The translations under genes and the position numbers were made by a program. 64,000 bases of DNA. It comes from Andalucia godoyi And28. Its lineage: Eukaryota; Protista; Jakobida. Location of the stretch: assembly GCA_009859145.1 (NCBI GenBank), contig VRVR01000038.1:62001-126000 (forward strand), read 5' to 3'. Below are positions 31,999-43,000 of the stretch, piece after piece (the stretch's first letter is position 1; each line of letters starts with the position of its first letter). The notes under the pieces were generated by a model, which made no database searches, was not told the origin of the DNA, and saw nothing but the letters and a program-made list of their open reading frames with translations.

Positions 31999-32224
31999 CA
32001 AGGCTCCTCGCATGTCAGGTGCACAGCGACCGACGGATAAAGTGAGCAGCCGCACATGTTCCCATGCTTCGAGACGGGAGCTAGCATCAATTGATGATTG
32101 CAGAGAAAAAGAGATGCTTTCCTGGTGCCTGTTTTTTTTTAACGATCCGATTTCTCCGTGTGTGTGCGACTGTGTGTGTTGTGAAAGAGAGGGAGGGAGA
32201 GCACGAGAATACAAAAAAGGAGTG

Positions 32225-33310
32225 ATGGCGTCAATCGAGGCGAAGGCCGATAGTCGAAAATATGTGAGGATTAAGCGTCGTCGAGATGATGATCCAGAAG
32301 AACTGGTGATGCTTGTCAAGCGGCCGCGTCTGTCGGCTTTGATGTCGTCTGTGAGCCTAGGCGGGGATTCAGAATCGCACAGGAAATCAGCAGTTGGAGG
32401 ACGAGGGATTCTGTTGAAACGAGTGCGAACTGATCTGTGTGATGCGACCGCGTCGTTGATGCTTCCGGAAATGCACATTCACAATGACAGTACCACCTCG
32501 GGTCCCAATGGTAGTTCCAATGCCGATGCGAACGTCCATGGCGTGAAGAGGGGTGAGACCGGTAGCTATGCAAGTAATTTGTCCACCACAAGGAAAATCA
32601 AGGTAGAAGGCTCGTCCTCGTCCGCAGGCTGTGCTCCGTCGGTGCGGGAGACGGATGCAGCAGGGATGCGTGGGAAAGGAACTGTGCAGCTTGACGACAA
32701 AGATCTATTTCGCAATTACATGAGCATGCGACGACAAGCTCGCGAAGAACGGCATTCACAAGTTGTTGCTGCGTCTCAACAACCAATGCAGCAAGAACAA
32801 AAACAAGAGCGAGAGTACCAACGAGAGAGCAGAGGTGAAACGATGCAAGTGGATCAGACAGGCTGGGTCTATGATGTGTATGAAGTATCGGCGATGGCGA
32901 CAGCGATGACAGCAGGAGCACAGCATGACGATGCAGTGCTGGGCAGCGGCGAAAAGATCAAGGTTGTCCACGTGGACAAGCTGCCTTTTGATCTTGGAGT
33001 GGAGTTTCTTCTCGAGGGCGAAGGAGACTCAGAGGATGATGACAATGTCTACGGCGGTGATGACGACGAGCTGAAACAAGCTTCTGATTACGGCTCAACA
33101 GAGGATGAGGGAGACGACGATGAGAGCGACGGCGACGGCGATGGCGACCATGCGCAGCGCGGCGGAAGACGAGGCAGACACTTGTATTCGTCCGATGACG
33201 ACAACGAGTGGGACAAGGACGATGACAGCGACGAGTATGAACGTGATATTGACCCTCGCTTAACCGTCCATGGTGTTGACGACGACGGCGACGAGGAATA
33301 CGGATATTAG
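32225..33310 (+). CDS. Iwr1/SLC7A6OS-like RNA polymerase II import factor
   Basis: N-terminal YVRIKRRRDDDP, internal WVYDVY, very acidic C-terminus with DYGSTEDE. Confidence 0.62.
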   Translation: MASIEAKADSRKYVRIKRRRDDDPEELVMLVKRPRLSALMSSVSLGGDSESHRKSAVGGRGILLKRVRTDLCDATASLMLPEMHIHNDSTTSGPNGSSNADANVHGVKRGETGSYASNLSTTRKIKVEGSSSSAGCAPSVRETDAAGMRGKGTVQLDDKDLFRNYMSMRRQAREERHSQVVAASQQPMQQEQKQEREYQRESRGETMQVDQTGWVYDVYEVSAMATAMTAGAQHDDAVLGSGEKIKVVHVDKLPFDLGVEFLLEGEGDSEDDDNVYGGDDDELKQASDYGSTEDEGDDDESDGDGDGDHAQRGGRRGRHLYSSDDDNEWDKDDDSDEYERDIDPRLTVHGVDDDGDEEYGY

Positions 33311-33583
33311 AACGCACAATTTTATTTGAATAATATTAATGATCATAGTGATGGTCATCATAGCAGTGGTAGTAAGAGGAAGTATTGTAAAGAATTAGTG
33401 TGATGATTCTCATATGTTCACCTTGTCATAAACCGTGTCTGTCAATGCAGCAGCAGCACCATTGTAACAAGCGAAGAAAACAACAAATTTTGTATGTGAT
33501 TTACCCAATAGCTGCACACAAAATCACAAAATCACAAAACAAAAACAAAAAAGAACTCCTCACTGCAACTCATGAATTCCGAA

Positions 33584-33823
33584 CTAGTGCGATGCAGCAG
33601 TCTTCTGGGTAGCCTTCGGTTGAGTCTTGGCGTCCTTCTTTCCTCCTGGAAGCGCAAATGCGCCGATAACGACTGCCCAAAGACCGAGCGAAGCAAACAC
33701 AATCTGCTCCTGCTTGTGGTTGTCCTGGCAGCGCTGAGCCCAGCGTCCAATTGGTGCAAAAGCAGCTCCAACTGCATTCAAGGCATTCTTTGCAGCATTG
33801 GCGGCGGCAGCAGACGAGCTCAT
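33584..33823 (-). CDS. 79-aa single-pass membrane protein, possibly an ATP synthase subunit k-like accessory subunit
   Basis: EQIVFASLGLWAVVIGAFALPGGKK: single TM plus Lys-rich tail; resemblance to subunit k is weak and by eye. Confidence 0.45.
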   Translation of the reverse strand: MSSSAAAANAAKNALNAVGAAFAPIGRWAQRCQDNHKQEQIVFASLGLWAVVIGAFALPGGKKDAKTQPKATQKTAASH

Positions 33824-34246
33824 TCTTTGACACGGGAAAAAACCAACCTCGATTAGACAACCACTTCACAAACACTCTTCCTGAAACAAATGCATGTATT
33901 TTTAAAAAATTAAACGAACAAGCCGAAGGCTTCTCGGGTTGCCATTGTTGTGTTTGCACTGACAAGCGATACTGACACGCTGACACGCTGCGTCAGCACG
34001 AGTGCGGGAATCGCTGGCAAGTCGCCCGCTGTACTGTCTACGTGCGTTGAACAGCACAGTCGACGAGTCCCGATTTTGGAGGGCACTGCATAAAGTGCAT
34101 CGGTTTCGGACAGTGCTGCCCGGTGCGGGACTGTATTTCGAACAGAGCTGCAGGCCAGGATCGATTATTGTAATGCATTGAGGAAAGGAAAAGGAGGAAG
34201 GGGGATAACCGAAATAAATTAAAGAAAAGAAAGAGGATTCATAATA

Positions 34247-37200
34247 ATGGAGTCAAGAGTCAGGTATCTTGAGCGACTTTTGGACGAAGAGCCGGTCTCT
34301 GACGACTCGGACGATGACAATGAGTACGTTCCGCCCCAGTCCCAGTCTCAATCGCATTCCCATTCCCGTTCTCGTTCTCGTTTCCCGTCTACTTGTTCTA
34401 AAAGCATGCTCCGGAGCACTGCGGCAGCTCCGGCAGCCAAGCGACCGTTTTTAGATCTTTCGCAATCGGCGGCGACTGCATTGCGAAAGACCGGTCCTGT
34501 TGGACGCAGTTCTAGAATTGGCAGTCGTCCCATTGATCGAGTAGACGACCATCACAGTCACGGTGACGGCGACATGGTCGACGAGAATGATGATGACAAC
34601 GACGAAAATGACGAGAACGATGAAGACTATGTAGTGGATTCGGATTCCGATAGTTCCGAGTCTTCAGAAGCTTCTGGCGATTCTACGGGGATTGTGGCTC
34701 TCATTTCGCTGGCCTCATCATCCAACAGCCAAACTGAAAATAACAACAGTGCAGGTGGTGCTGGAGCTGGCGGTCGAGAAGGGCCGGATTCAGGTGATGC
34801 CACAGGCAAAAGGAAGGATCGGAAACGAAAGAGGAGGCACGGCGAGCACCACATCACGCGAGCTGCAAAAGTTGAGATGAAGCTTATACTGCAGGATTCC
34901 GCTCGATCACTGAACGATGTGCTTCATGATTTGGGCGCCGATCAGGATTATGATGTTGGGTTCTGGGACTGGGTCCAGGAAAGGTCAGAAGACCTACCGT
35001 TCCAGCCTATTGCACTCGCGTCAACGATGATGATGTCATCGATGGATGATCCTGTTCCTCCGACGTTTTCTCTCACAGCCGGTCCACCGAGTCATGCTCT
35101 CGTTCCTGCTGATAGCGTAGTCGCTGGTGGAACGTCTTTGAATGTAGATTCGGCGAATAACATTTATTCGGTGTCTCGACCTTCGCTGCAATGGAACCAC
35201 GCCAACGCGAGCGATAACTCTACTTCGGCATCATCATCATCCTCGGCCTTCGTTCCTGGTTCGGTGAACCACATGTCCATGGCATCGTCTCACAGACATC
35301 AACACGGGCAACCGCAGACCCCTGTATCTGGTGGGTTTCAAGGGGAATTTGGTCGCAACGATATGCATTGCACACCGTCGAAAGCCCCAGCAACTCTGCA
35401 AGGCTCTTCTTCGGCAAGATTGCTTGGACAATACGACGTGTTTGAAGCTCTGGTTTTTCGGCAACTGTGTGATCTTGTACAGTTATGCACGCAGTCTGTG
35501 CTCACAAGTAGGCTGTTTTGCAATCGAATCCGTGTTTTGGAAGAAGAAGAACAAACGACACTGCAACACGATTCGCAAATGGACGGAGTGGAAAGGGATG
35601 AAAGCGCAGGCAGAAATGACTCTGAGACCGCACAGTCCGTTGCGACTGACGTCACTTCGCCGTATGTTGATCTCCTGGAAGCATGTCATCAGATTGAAAA
35701 CGAGAGTCTCGAGCTGCTTTCCAAACTTCGAGCTGCGCAAATTGCAGATTTTCGCAAACGCGCTGCTGGCACACGAACTGGCGTGATCCCAACAATGTGG
35801 GCAGTCCCGATTCTTGCGAGCCCGCAGTTGTCTCAGTTGATCTCTGCTGCGTCTCCCGATTCCGGGAAGGCGCTTGAAGAACTTCTTCAGCCGTTTATTC
35901 ATTTTGCGCACGGAACCAATGTTGTACCGCTTGTCCCGGGAGCGGATGGAGTTGGATTTCGCCCCAAGTTCAAGCCGCCCCCCTTCACTGCTCGGCAGTT
36001 GGATGCTGCCATCAAATTGCAGAATCAATCTTTGCTTGTCGCGAAGTCCTCGGCAGAATCGTCTGGTGTGCAGTACACGTTTTCTTCGTATTTTTCTCGA
36101 GGGAAGCCGTCGGAAGTTGAAGATCGACTTCTGGTTCGCGGTCTCATGCGATATGGTCAGCGGTGGGATGTCATCCATGAGAAGCTACTCCCAATTTTCG
36201 AACCTCGGAGAATCGCAGGGAGGTTCAAGGCTCTTGTGAGTGCTCGAAGCAAATCAATGTATAAGCACGACTCGCAGAATCTGGTTAAGCAGTGGAAGTT
36301 GCTCATGCAAGGAACGAAGGGCATCTCCCATGTGGATTTGAAAATACTGGAGGAATGGTCTGTCTCGCTTACTCGCTCGGGTTTGCTACCGTCTGCCTTT
36401 ACTGACGTGGAAAAGGAAAAGGATCTCGAGGCTGAAATCGAGAAGCTCAAATCCGACACGAAGATGCAACTCGAGCTACGGATGATTCTCCGCTGGTTGC
36501 GCGCACAGGAGTCTCGCAAGATTCTCGACTTTGTTTTCCGTCGACACTGCGCAGACATGGAGTATTTTGACGACGAGCTGACCGCTTTGAATACAGAATT
36601 CGATGCTTTTGAAGAGGATGTGATTTTAGAAGATGATTTGCTGGCTACTAGTGGCTTCGATGACAATGAGTACGGACAGGATGCTGCCGATCTTGACGCA
36701 AACGCTGGTTCAGATTCTGAAGGTCGCTTCTCAGGAGGTCTGTCGTTGCGGCCGTCGAGATATATTGCTGCCAATGACGGCGACCAGGACGACGAGAACT
36801 ATGTTCAAGAAGCGGAAGATGACGACTCCGATGATGAACCTCTGGTGGACGCAACCCATCTGGAGGAAGAGAGGCGCGGGCTGTTGGAAGAAGCACAGGC
36901 ACACTTGCAGGACCAACGAATGCAACCTGATTACTATTCTGCTCCTGCAGCAAATGCTGAGGATGATTTCTGGGACGAGGGAGAAATCCTATCCGACACA
37001 ATTGAGGACGACGACTTTCCTCTGAATGATAACGGCCCTCGCGATGTCCCGGCTTCTCGTGAAGATGATTTTGAGCGGGATTCTCGCTCTCCATCCATTA
37101 CCGAGCGTATGCAAACTGCTGAAACTCTGAACACAAATCTTGTTGTCTGGCACTCTGCGCTGCAGAGTCGTCAGTACGAATTTTCCGAGACTGACGATCT

Positions 37201-37363
37201 TATTCTTCGGTTGGCTTGTTTGCGCTCTGATTTCGGGGTCGAAAAGCTTTCCTTGCTTACCAGGGGCACATTTGCACCTTTTCCTGATTACCCATTGGAG
37301 GTTCTCAAACAGCGTTGGCACGTATTGCGCCATCGAGAACAGCCGAACTCAGCGCCAATCTGA
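34247..37363 (+). CDS. GON4L/DUO3-like SANT/Myb-domain nuclear protein
   Basis: EDRLLVRGLMRYGQRWDVIHEKLLP...QNLVKQWK, QLCDLVQLCTQ, and a second C-terminal Myb-like segment (FSETDDLIL...LKQRW). Confidence 0.6.
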   Translation: MESRVRYLERLLDEEPVSDDSDDDNEYVPPQSQSQSHSHSRSRSRFPSTCSKSMLRSTAAAPAAKRPFLDLSQSAATALRKTGPVGRSSRIGSRPIDRVDDHHSHGDGDMVDENDDDNDENDENDEDYVVDSDSDSSESSEASGDSTGIVALISLASSSNSQTENNNSAGGAGAGGREGPDSGDATGKRKDRKRKRRHGEHHITRAAKVEMKLILQDSARSLNDVLHDLGADQDYDVGFWDWVQERSEDLPFQPIALASTMMMSSMDDPVPPTFSLTAGPPSHALVPADSVVAGGTSLNVDSANNIYSVSRPSLQWNHANASDNSTSASSSSSAFVPGSVNHMSMASSHRHQHGQPQTPVSGGFQGEFGRNDMHCTPSKAPATLQGSSSARLLGQYDVFEALVFRQLCDLVQLCTQSVLTSRLFCNRIRVLEEEEQTTLQHDSQMDGVERDESAGRNDSETAQSVATDVTSPYVDLLEACHQIENESLELLSKLRAAQIADFRKRAAGTRTGVIPTMWAVPILASPQLSQLISAASPDSGKALEELLQPFIHFAHGTNVVPLVPGADGVGFRPKFKPPPFTARQLDAAIKLQNQSLLVAKSSAESSGVQYTFSSYFSRGKPSEVEDRLLVRGLMRYGQRWDVIHEKLLPIFEPRRIAGRFKALVSARSKSMYKHDSQNLVKQWKLLMQGTKGISHVDLKILEEWSVSLTRSGLLPSAFTDVEKEKDLEAEIEKLKSDTKMQLELRMILRWLRAQESRKILDFVFRRHCADMEYFDDELTALNTEFDAFEEDVILEDDLLATSGFDDNEYGQDAADLDANAGSDSEGRFSGGLSLRPSRYIAANDGDQDDENYVQEAEDDDSDDEPLVDATHLEEERRGLLEEAQAHLQDQRMQPDYYSAPAANAEDDFWDEGEILSDTIEDDDFPLNDNGPRDVPASREDDFERDSRSPSITERMQTAETLNTNLVVWHSALQSRQYEFSETDDLILRLACLRSDFGVEKLSLLTRGTFAPFPDYPLEVLKQRWHVLRHREQPNSAPI

Positions 37364-37612
37364 CGTGCGTCGTTGCGTCGTTGCGTCGTGTGTAGCATCA
37401 TCTATTTATAGCTTGTCTTTTCGATTCGATGTGTTTTTGTTGTTGATCTCGTTATTTGGTTTTAAGTGTCGTATAGCTCGTGCAATTTTTTTCAGTCCAC
37501 ATCCATGAAGAATAGGCGTATGCAGCTTCCCCCTTCCTTTCTTTTTGTGGGCGATGCTGCACTGTAAATAAGCAAATTGAAAAAGCAATTTATGTATTTA
37601 TTTCATTTTGGA

Positions 37613-39781
37613 CTATTTCGGAGCGCGTAGTCTGAGAGTTGCCAAGTCCTTCTGTTGAATGTTCGCAAAATGCTCGAGCAGTGGTGTTAACGCATCGGAC
37701 AACCAAGCGTTCGCATTGATCTGCGGGCTTGCCTGGGCTTGGAGCAACTGAACAAGGACGAGGGAATTGACCGTGGATAGTCGGTTTTTCAAGACGTCGT
37801 AGGTGTTCGACTGGGGAAGAATCATGAGCAAACCAGACAAGGTCTTCACCAAATCAGGATACCTTTGAGGCTCGCACAAGTGCAACCGAACATGACACAA
37901 CACTGGCGACTCCAGCAACTGAATAAGCTTATCAATATCGACCAGCATGTTCACCGTCACTTCAGACTCTGCGAGAAGCATCACAATCCCGGCTGCTGGC
38001 GCATAAGCCTGGGCAAGAAGGCACAGCGACAAAGCGGACACCGGACTGCGTGACCACGGTTTAAACAACGCCATGAAAACTCGGCGACCATTGTCATCGG
38101 ATTTTGCCATCTTAATCTTATTCCGAAGGTTCGCAAACTCCCTTGATGTAAACAGGATGAGATTCAAAGTCTGAACAAAACTGTTGACAAACTCAACGTC
38201 TGTGATGAGATGAATGCTCTCTGCAAACGTCAAGTAAATACGCTCCGTATCAATGAGCGATGTCAGCTGCCGAACAATCAAACCAGCCTTTCCGAACAAT
38301 TTCTGGTCAGTATAAAACAACTCAGTCAACGAGGTCATGGATCTGGAAAAGATGCCCTCTTGGATGTTGGACAACATGCAAAGAACTTCGAGATCGAGAA
38401 ACAGAACGTCGTTCGATCCGTCCGACAAGGACTTCAACAACATTGGAAAAATCTCTTCTAAATGCGCCAGGATCTGTTTCGAGTCCTTGTTGAGCAACAG
38501 CTGAATCCACCGCAGCGACTCCAGTCGCGTTGGGACAATGTGTCTTGCCAGAGTACCGAGAATCGAGCGTAGGATTCCCGTCATTTCGAGAGATTCATCT
38601 GCAGACCGAACAACTTGCTGCAGATCATGGCTGACTTCCGTCGATAAATCCCTGATTTTCGGATCGTCACTTGAGACGCAGAGCAGGATGCACGAGAGGA
38701 TATCGGGGGCAAACTGCAACAGTGCATGCGTCCGCTGGTTGATGATCTCGTGAAGCCAGAACAGTGCTACTTCTTTAGCTTCTTTGTGCAGTTTTGAAAC
38801 GATCGTTAGCAGAGTGGAAATAATCGGGTGAAGATCCAAGCTTACTGAAACCTTGATTTCGTTCAAGATTTCGTCCAATGCCAATCTGGCTTTGGAGTGC
38901 TGCGATCCCTTGGAGGATTCATCCGCGAGAAGAGAGAAGAGCGGAACGCCAAGGTCCGGGAGGAAACGGACCATGTACACATCGGTGACCTTGCCAAGCG
39001 CCGAGACCCAGTCGACCATCACATCTTGGATGTGCACGGACTGCTGCGCAATCAGCTTGTTCTTTATCAGAGCAACAATCTTTGGAGGTTCCAACTTCGG
39101 GCTTTCTGTCGAAATATCAATCATCAACTTGCTTAGCTCCGTGCCTGCTGCTCGATGCTCTGCGTTTTCATCACCGACAAACCTGCAAAACACATCAAAC
39201 AGTTTCTCAAAGTACGGAAAGCAGAGGTCACGAGACACCTTGATAATGTTAATAAGAGCATCTATTCCGGCAAACCGCACGCGCGGATCAACGTCTTCCG
39301 AGTAATGAATAACAGGCAGCATCACCGTATCAAGAAAGAGCACAAGAGGCAGCTGCTGCGAACTGCTCGTACCCGACATCGAAGAGCCGGTATTCACGCC
39401 ATACACACTCCCAGAACTTGGCATTGAGGCTGGATTCGCGGACGCATTAGAACCTGAAACGGAGGGGTTGGCCTGGTTGTTCGACACATGCGAAACAGAA
39501 ACCGAGGCCTGCGGAGCATAAACCGTGTTGTTCGCGGTGATGGAAGACTGATACAATGCAACCATGACAGAGCTCAAGCCAATCAGCCCACCTTTCTTCA
39601 TGTGAAAATGACTGGAGTTGCAGTAATGAGAAATCAGTGTGTCGAGGATCTTCACAATCGACTCCTTTGTCGATAGCGTCCGAATATGGGCTTCCAGATC
39701 ATTTGCAGCCTGACGCCGCTTCTCCGGAAGCTTGTCAGAAAGCCCCTTCGAGATTGCAGCAGGGATCACCAAGTCCGCCAT
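37613..39781 (-). CDS. VAC14: PI(3,5)P2 regulatory scaffold Vac14
   Basis: GLSDKLPEKRRQAA, KKGGLIGL, DPRVRFAG, LNLILFTSREF, DKLIQLLESPV..VRLHL, LLMILPQS..LKNRL. Confidence 0.95.
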   Translation of the reverse strand: MADLVIPAAISKGLSDKLPEKRRQAANDLEAHIRTLSTKESIVKILDTLISHYCNSSHFHMKKGGLIGLSSVMVALYQSSITANNTVYAPQASVSVSHVSNNQANPSVSGSNASANPASMPSSGSVYGVNTGSSMSGTSSSQQLPLVLFLDTVMLPVIHYSEDVDPRVRFAGIDALINIIKVSRDLCFPYFEKLFDVFCRFVGDENAEHRAAGTELSKLMIDISTESPKLEPPKIVALIKNKLIAQQSVHIQDVMVDWVSALGKVTDVYMVRFLPDLGVPLFSLLADESSKGSQHSKARLALDEILNEIKVSVSLDLHPIISTLLTIVSKLHKEAKEVALFWLHEIINQRTHALLQFAPDILSCILLCVSSDDPKIRDLSTEVSHDLQQVVRSADESLEMTGILRSILGTLARHIVPTRLESLRWIQLLLNKDSKQILAHLEEIFPMLLKSLSDGSNDVLFLDLEVLCMLSNIQEGIFSRSMTSLTELFYTDQKLFGKAGLIVRQLTSLIDTERIYLTFAESIHLITDVEFVNSFVQTLNLILFTSREFANLRNKIKMAKSDDNGRRVFMALFKPWSRSPVSALSLCLLAQAYAPAAGIVMLLAESEVTVNMLVDIDKLIQLLESPVLCHVRLHLCEPQRYPDLVKTLSGLLMILPQSNTYDVLKNRLSTVNSLVLVQLLQAQASPQINANAWLSDALTPLLEHFANIQQKDLATLRLRAPK

Positions 39782-40010
39782 GAGATCACTAGACTACACA
39801 GCCACACAGACACAGCAACAGGGAAAAGTACAAATCTCTCTCAATCTCTTCAATCTCTTCGACATGCCCACGTATCAATACTTGAAAAAAACCCATCCCT
39901 TAAAAACGCAGAGAGTGATAATCCATGGTCGAAACCCAGCGGGGCGACGGGATGTTTTTATTACAGCTGGCCAAAAGAATGGTATACATGGGACGCGGGT
40001 AGATACGCCT

Positions 40011-43000
40011 TCACGATGAGGAGGCGGCGGCGGAGTGTCGCTGCAGAACCTCGGACATGACATCTGCCTTCTCGCAATCTGGTATGTCGTTCAGAATGGC
40101 AAGAATGCCCGAGTCCCTCAACCCGGCAACAATCAACTCACAGACCAGTTCGTGGTAATGCGATCTTCCGAACACAGACCGCGGATCTTCCGCAATTGCC
40201 CCGGGAAGGAAAAGGAACGGTACGCATCGAGAAGAGCGAGCCAGCGTGATCCATACATGATGTTTCGGCATCGGGCAATCCGACACTTCCAAAAACAGAA
40301 CAACAGAAGACATTAATATCCACAGGCGATGCCCGATGGCTTCATCCACAACCTGGTCGTACGTACCTCGTGGTGTGGAAATGCTCTCAGGCATAATGCG
40401 GGGAAGCAGCAACTGGACGCATAACCACGCGTCAGCTGGAGAAATTGCACGCTGATCCTTCACATATTTGTGCAGGCATGCTAGTTCCGCGCCAAACTTC
40501 ATGGGAAACAAGGCACACATTCTCTCAATAGAGCCGTATAATAGATCGATGAAGTCGCCACATGGGATCTGAATTGGCGGAAGTGCTGCCATTGCTTGGA
40601 ACACCATATCTAGAAGCCGCTGCGGAGCAAAGAAACAAAGCGTGTCATTCGACGGGAAAGTGCGCAAACCAGAAACAATCGTCCTGACAACAGACGACAT
40701 GAGGTTCTGGTTGACAAGATTTAGAGACCTGCGATGGAGGATATCGGACAGAAATAAAAAGGAAGAATGCGCCAGAAACACATGCGGAGCGAACGGAGGA
40801 GATGACCGGATAAAATCAAACGGCACGCGAATTCGACCAATCGACAGGCAGCCGTCAATGCTGCGCACAAAGGACGACGCCGTACTCAACGACGACAGAA
40901 TAGAGCCTGATATTGAAGATACAACGGTATCGCGGATCTGCGAAGCGTGCTCGCCGGAAGGCGGGAGCTTCCCCAAGGAAGCGGCGGCTCCATGCAATAG
41001 CATAAAACCTCGTAGGAAATCCGGGTGCACATCCACGTCGTCCCCTGCCATCGTAGAGAACGGAGACAGACCCTCAACAACATTAGTCACTTCCGACCAC
41101 TGCCGCTCCAATGACACTGCAAACAAGCTGCGTGATAAGATAGCTCTCGCATAGTGCATGCACAGAACACACAAAGGATCGGCATATGAACTGTCTCCCA
41201 CTGTATCCAAGGAAGTGGTGCGGGCAAAAATAGCATCGGACCATGAAGCCAACACAGACTGTACTCGAATATCGAACGGATCATCAACAGATATCCGTTC
41301 AAACGCCGCACACAAAGCAACACAAGTGTTTGGTGGGAAATGAATCAGCTCCGCGGGTTGGATAGTAGAAAGGAAAGACAGCGCAGCAGAGACAGCATCA
41401 AAAAGCAGCAAGTATACGGACTTGTCAACTTCGTCAAACTCAGGGAGATTTGCAAGCGAGGATCTCAAAGTGTCTGGAAGATTGCTAAATAGTCTTCGTA
41501 GCCTATTGAACATCAAGGGGAATGGCTGTCGCTCGTTCAACAGCAGACACAGCCGAGATGCTTTGGAGGCTCTTGAAAAATCGTTGTCCACTGCTTCATT
41601 ATCACCATCGCCATCACCATCGCGATGGTGCTCACGATCAAGGTCATCGCCATCATCGCCATCAGCCCCGCCACCGTTCGGCGAGCCCCCCATAAAGTAC
41701 TCCAAGGGATAAAATTGCAAAAACGTTACTTCTGAGGGACAAGAGACCGGCCGCATGACCTCCGAAGTCAGCCTTCGAAGTACCATACCTCGTTCGTCTT
41801 CATTCAAGTCTTTCCAGATATCATGTTGTTGATGTATTCTTGCAGCAATGGATTCCCCGCCAGCACGAAGAACAAGGCCCAGAACGACACTCGTCTGGAT
41901 TGGAAAATTGGAGTCTGATGAAGCTGCAGTGAGGCAAAGCCGCAATACCAACAAAAAGGAAGACTCCCAGTGCTTCGGGTGTGTCCATTGCGAAAATGCC
42001 AGATTTTCCACAACCCTCACACAATCCTCCGGAGACGCAAACCGCCACAACGTGCGCAACAACAAATCTGTAACCATGATTTCGGGGTGCGGAACCAGAG
42101 TCTCCATTCCAACAATGCACAGTACAACAGTGTCGCAATACTTCGCGATAGGCGGGGAAGGCGTCTGCTCTTCCAACGACAGCAGCCACTTGTTGACAAA
42201 ATCGTGATACACAGTCCAGTGAACTGCGGTGGCATGGACACAGACAAGCGAAACCTCGGAGTCGGTGAGGGAACATTTGTTCTTGGAAAGGACAAGGCAG
42301 GCGACAAAAACATCAACACAGAATAGCGTTTCACCTTCGTGCTCGTCCACAGGAAGAGAGAACACACGACGAACAACCCCACAGTCCATTATCCAGCCTC
42401 GCGGCCCATCTTTTGCAACTGCAACAGCCCACGCTGCGGCAGCCGCAGAGGAAGCAGCATTCACAGAAACGGCAATGAGTTCAGATCGCAAATCGCATGG
42501 AAGCAGCACTAGCAAACGAACAACACAAGGCTGGGCGGAAGGCTCGGCATACACTCTGAACGGGTCGTCCGATCCACCAGTCGACGGAAACATGACGCGA
42601 TCTGCGATGGTCAGCGCATCGAGAACAGAGTTCGCAAACGACGTCCAATACGGAAGATGAATATCATTCGATTGAAATTCGCGGACCATCACCATCGCAG
42701 AGACCGAAAGAGAACATATTTCTGTTGCTACAACATGCGTCCAAGAAGAAAACTCCGTGTCTGCCATTATTCGACAATGGATTTGTCGCAAACACACGAG
42801 CACTTCCCTTTGCACGGGAACCGTACAAAAAGGAAGAACCGAACCCAGTAATTTGATGAGTTCGGAGCGCGGCTCCCGCAGAATGAAATACAGCAAACGA
42901 CCCGTACACGGGGGAGAATCGTTCAGAATAATAGCCAGTAATTTAGGAGGCAGAAATGAAGAGGAAGCAGAAAGTACAAGTTCTATCAAGCACTCGCCCC

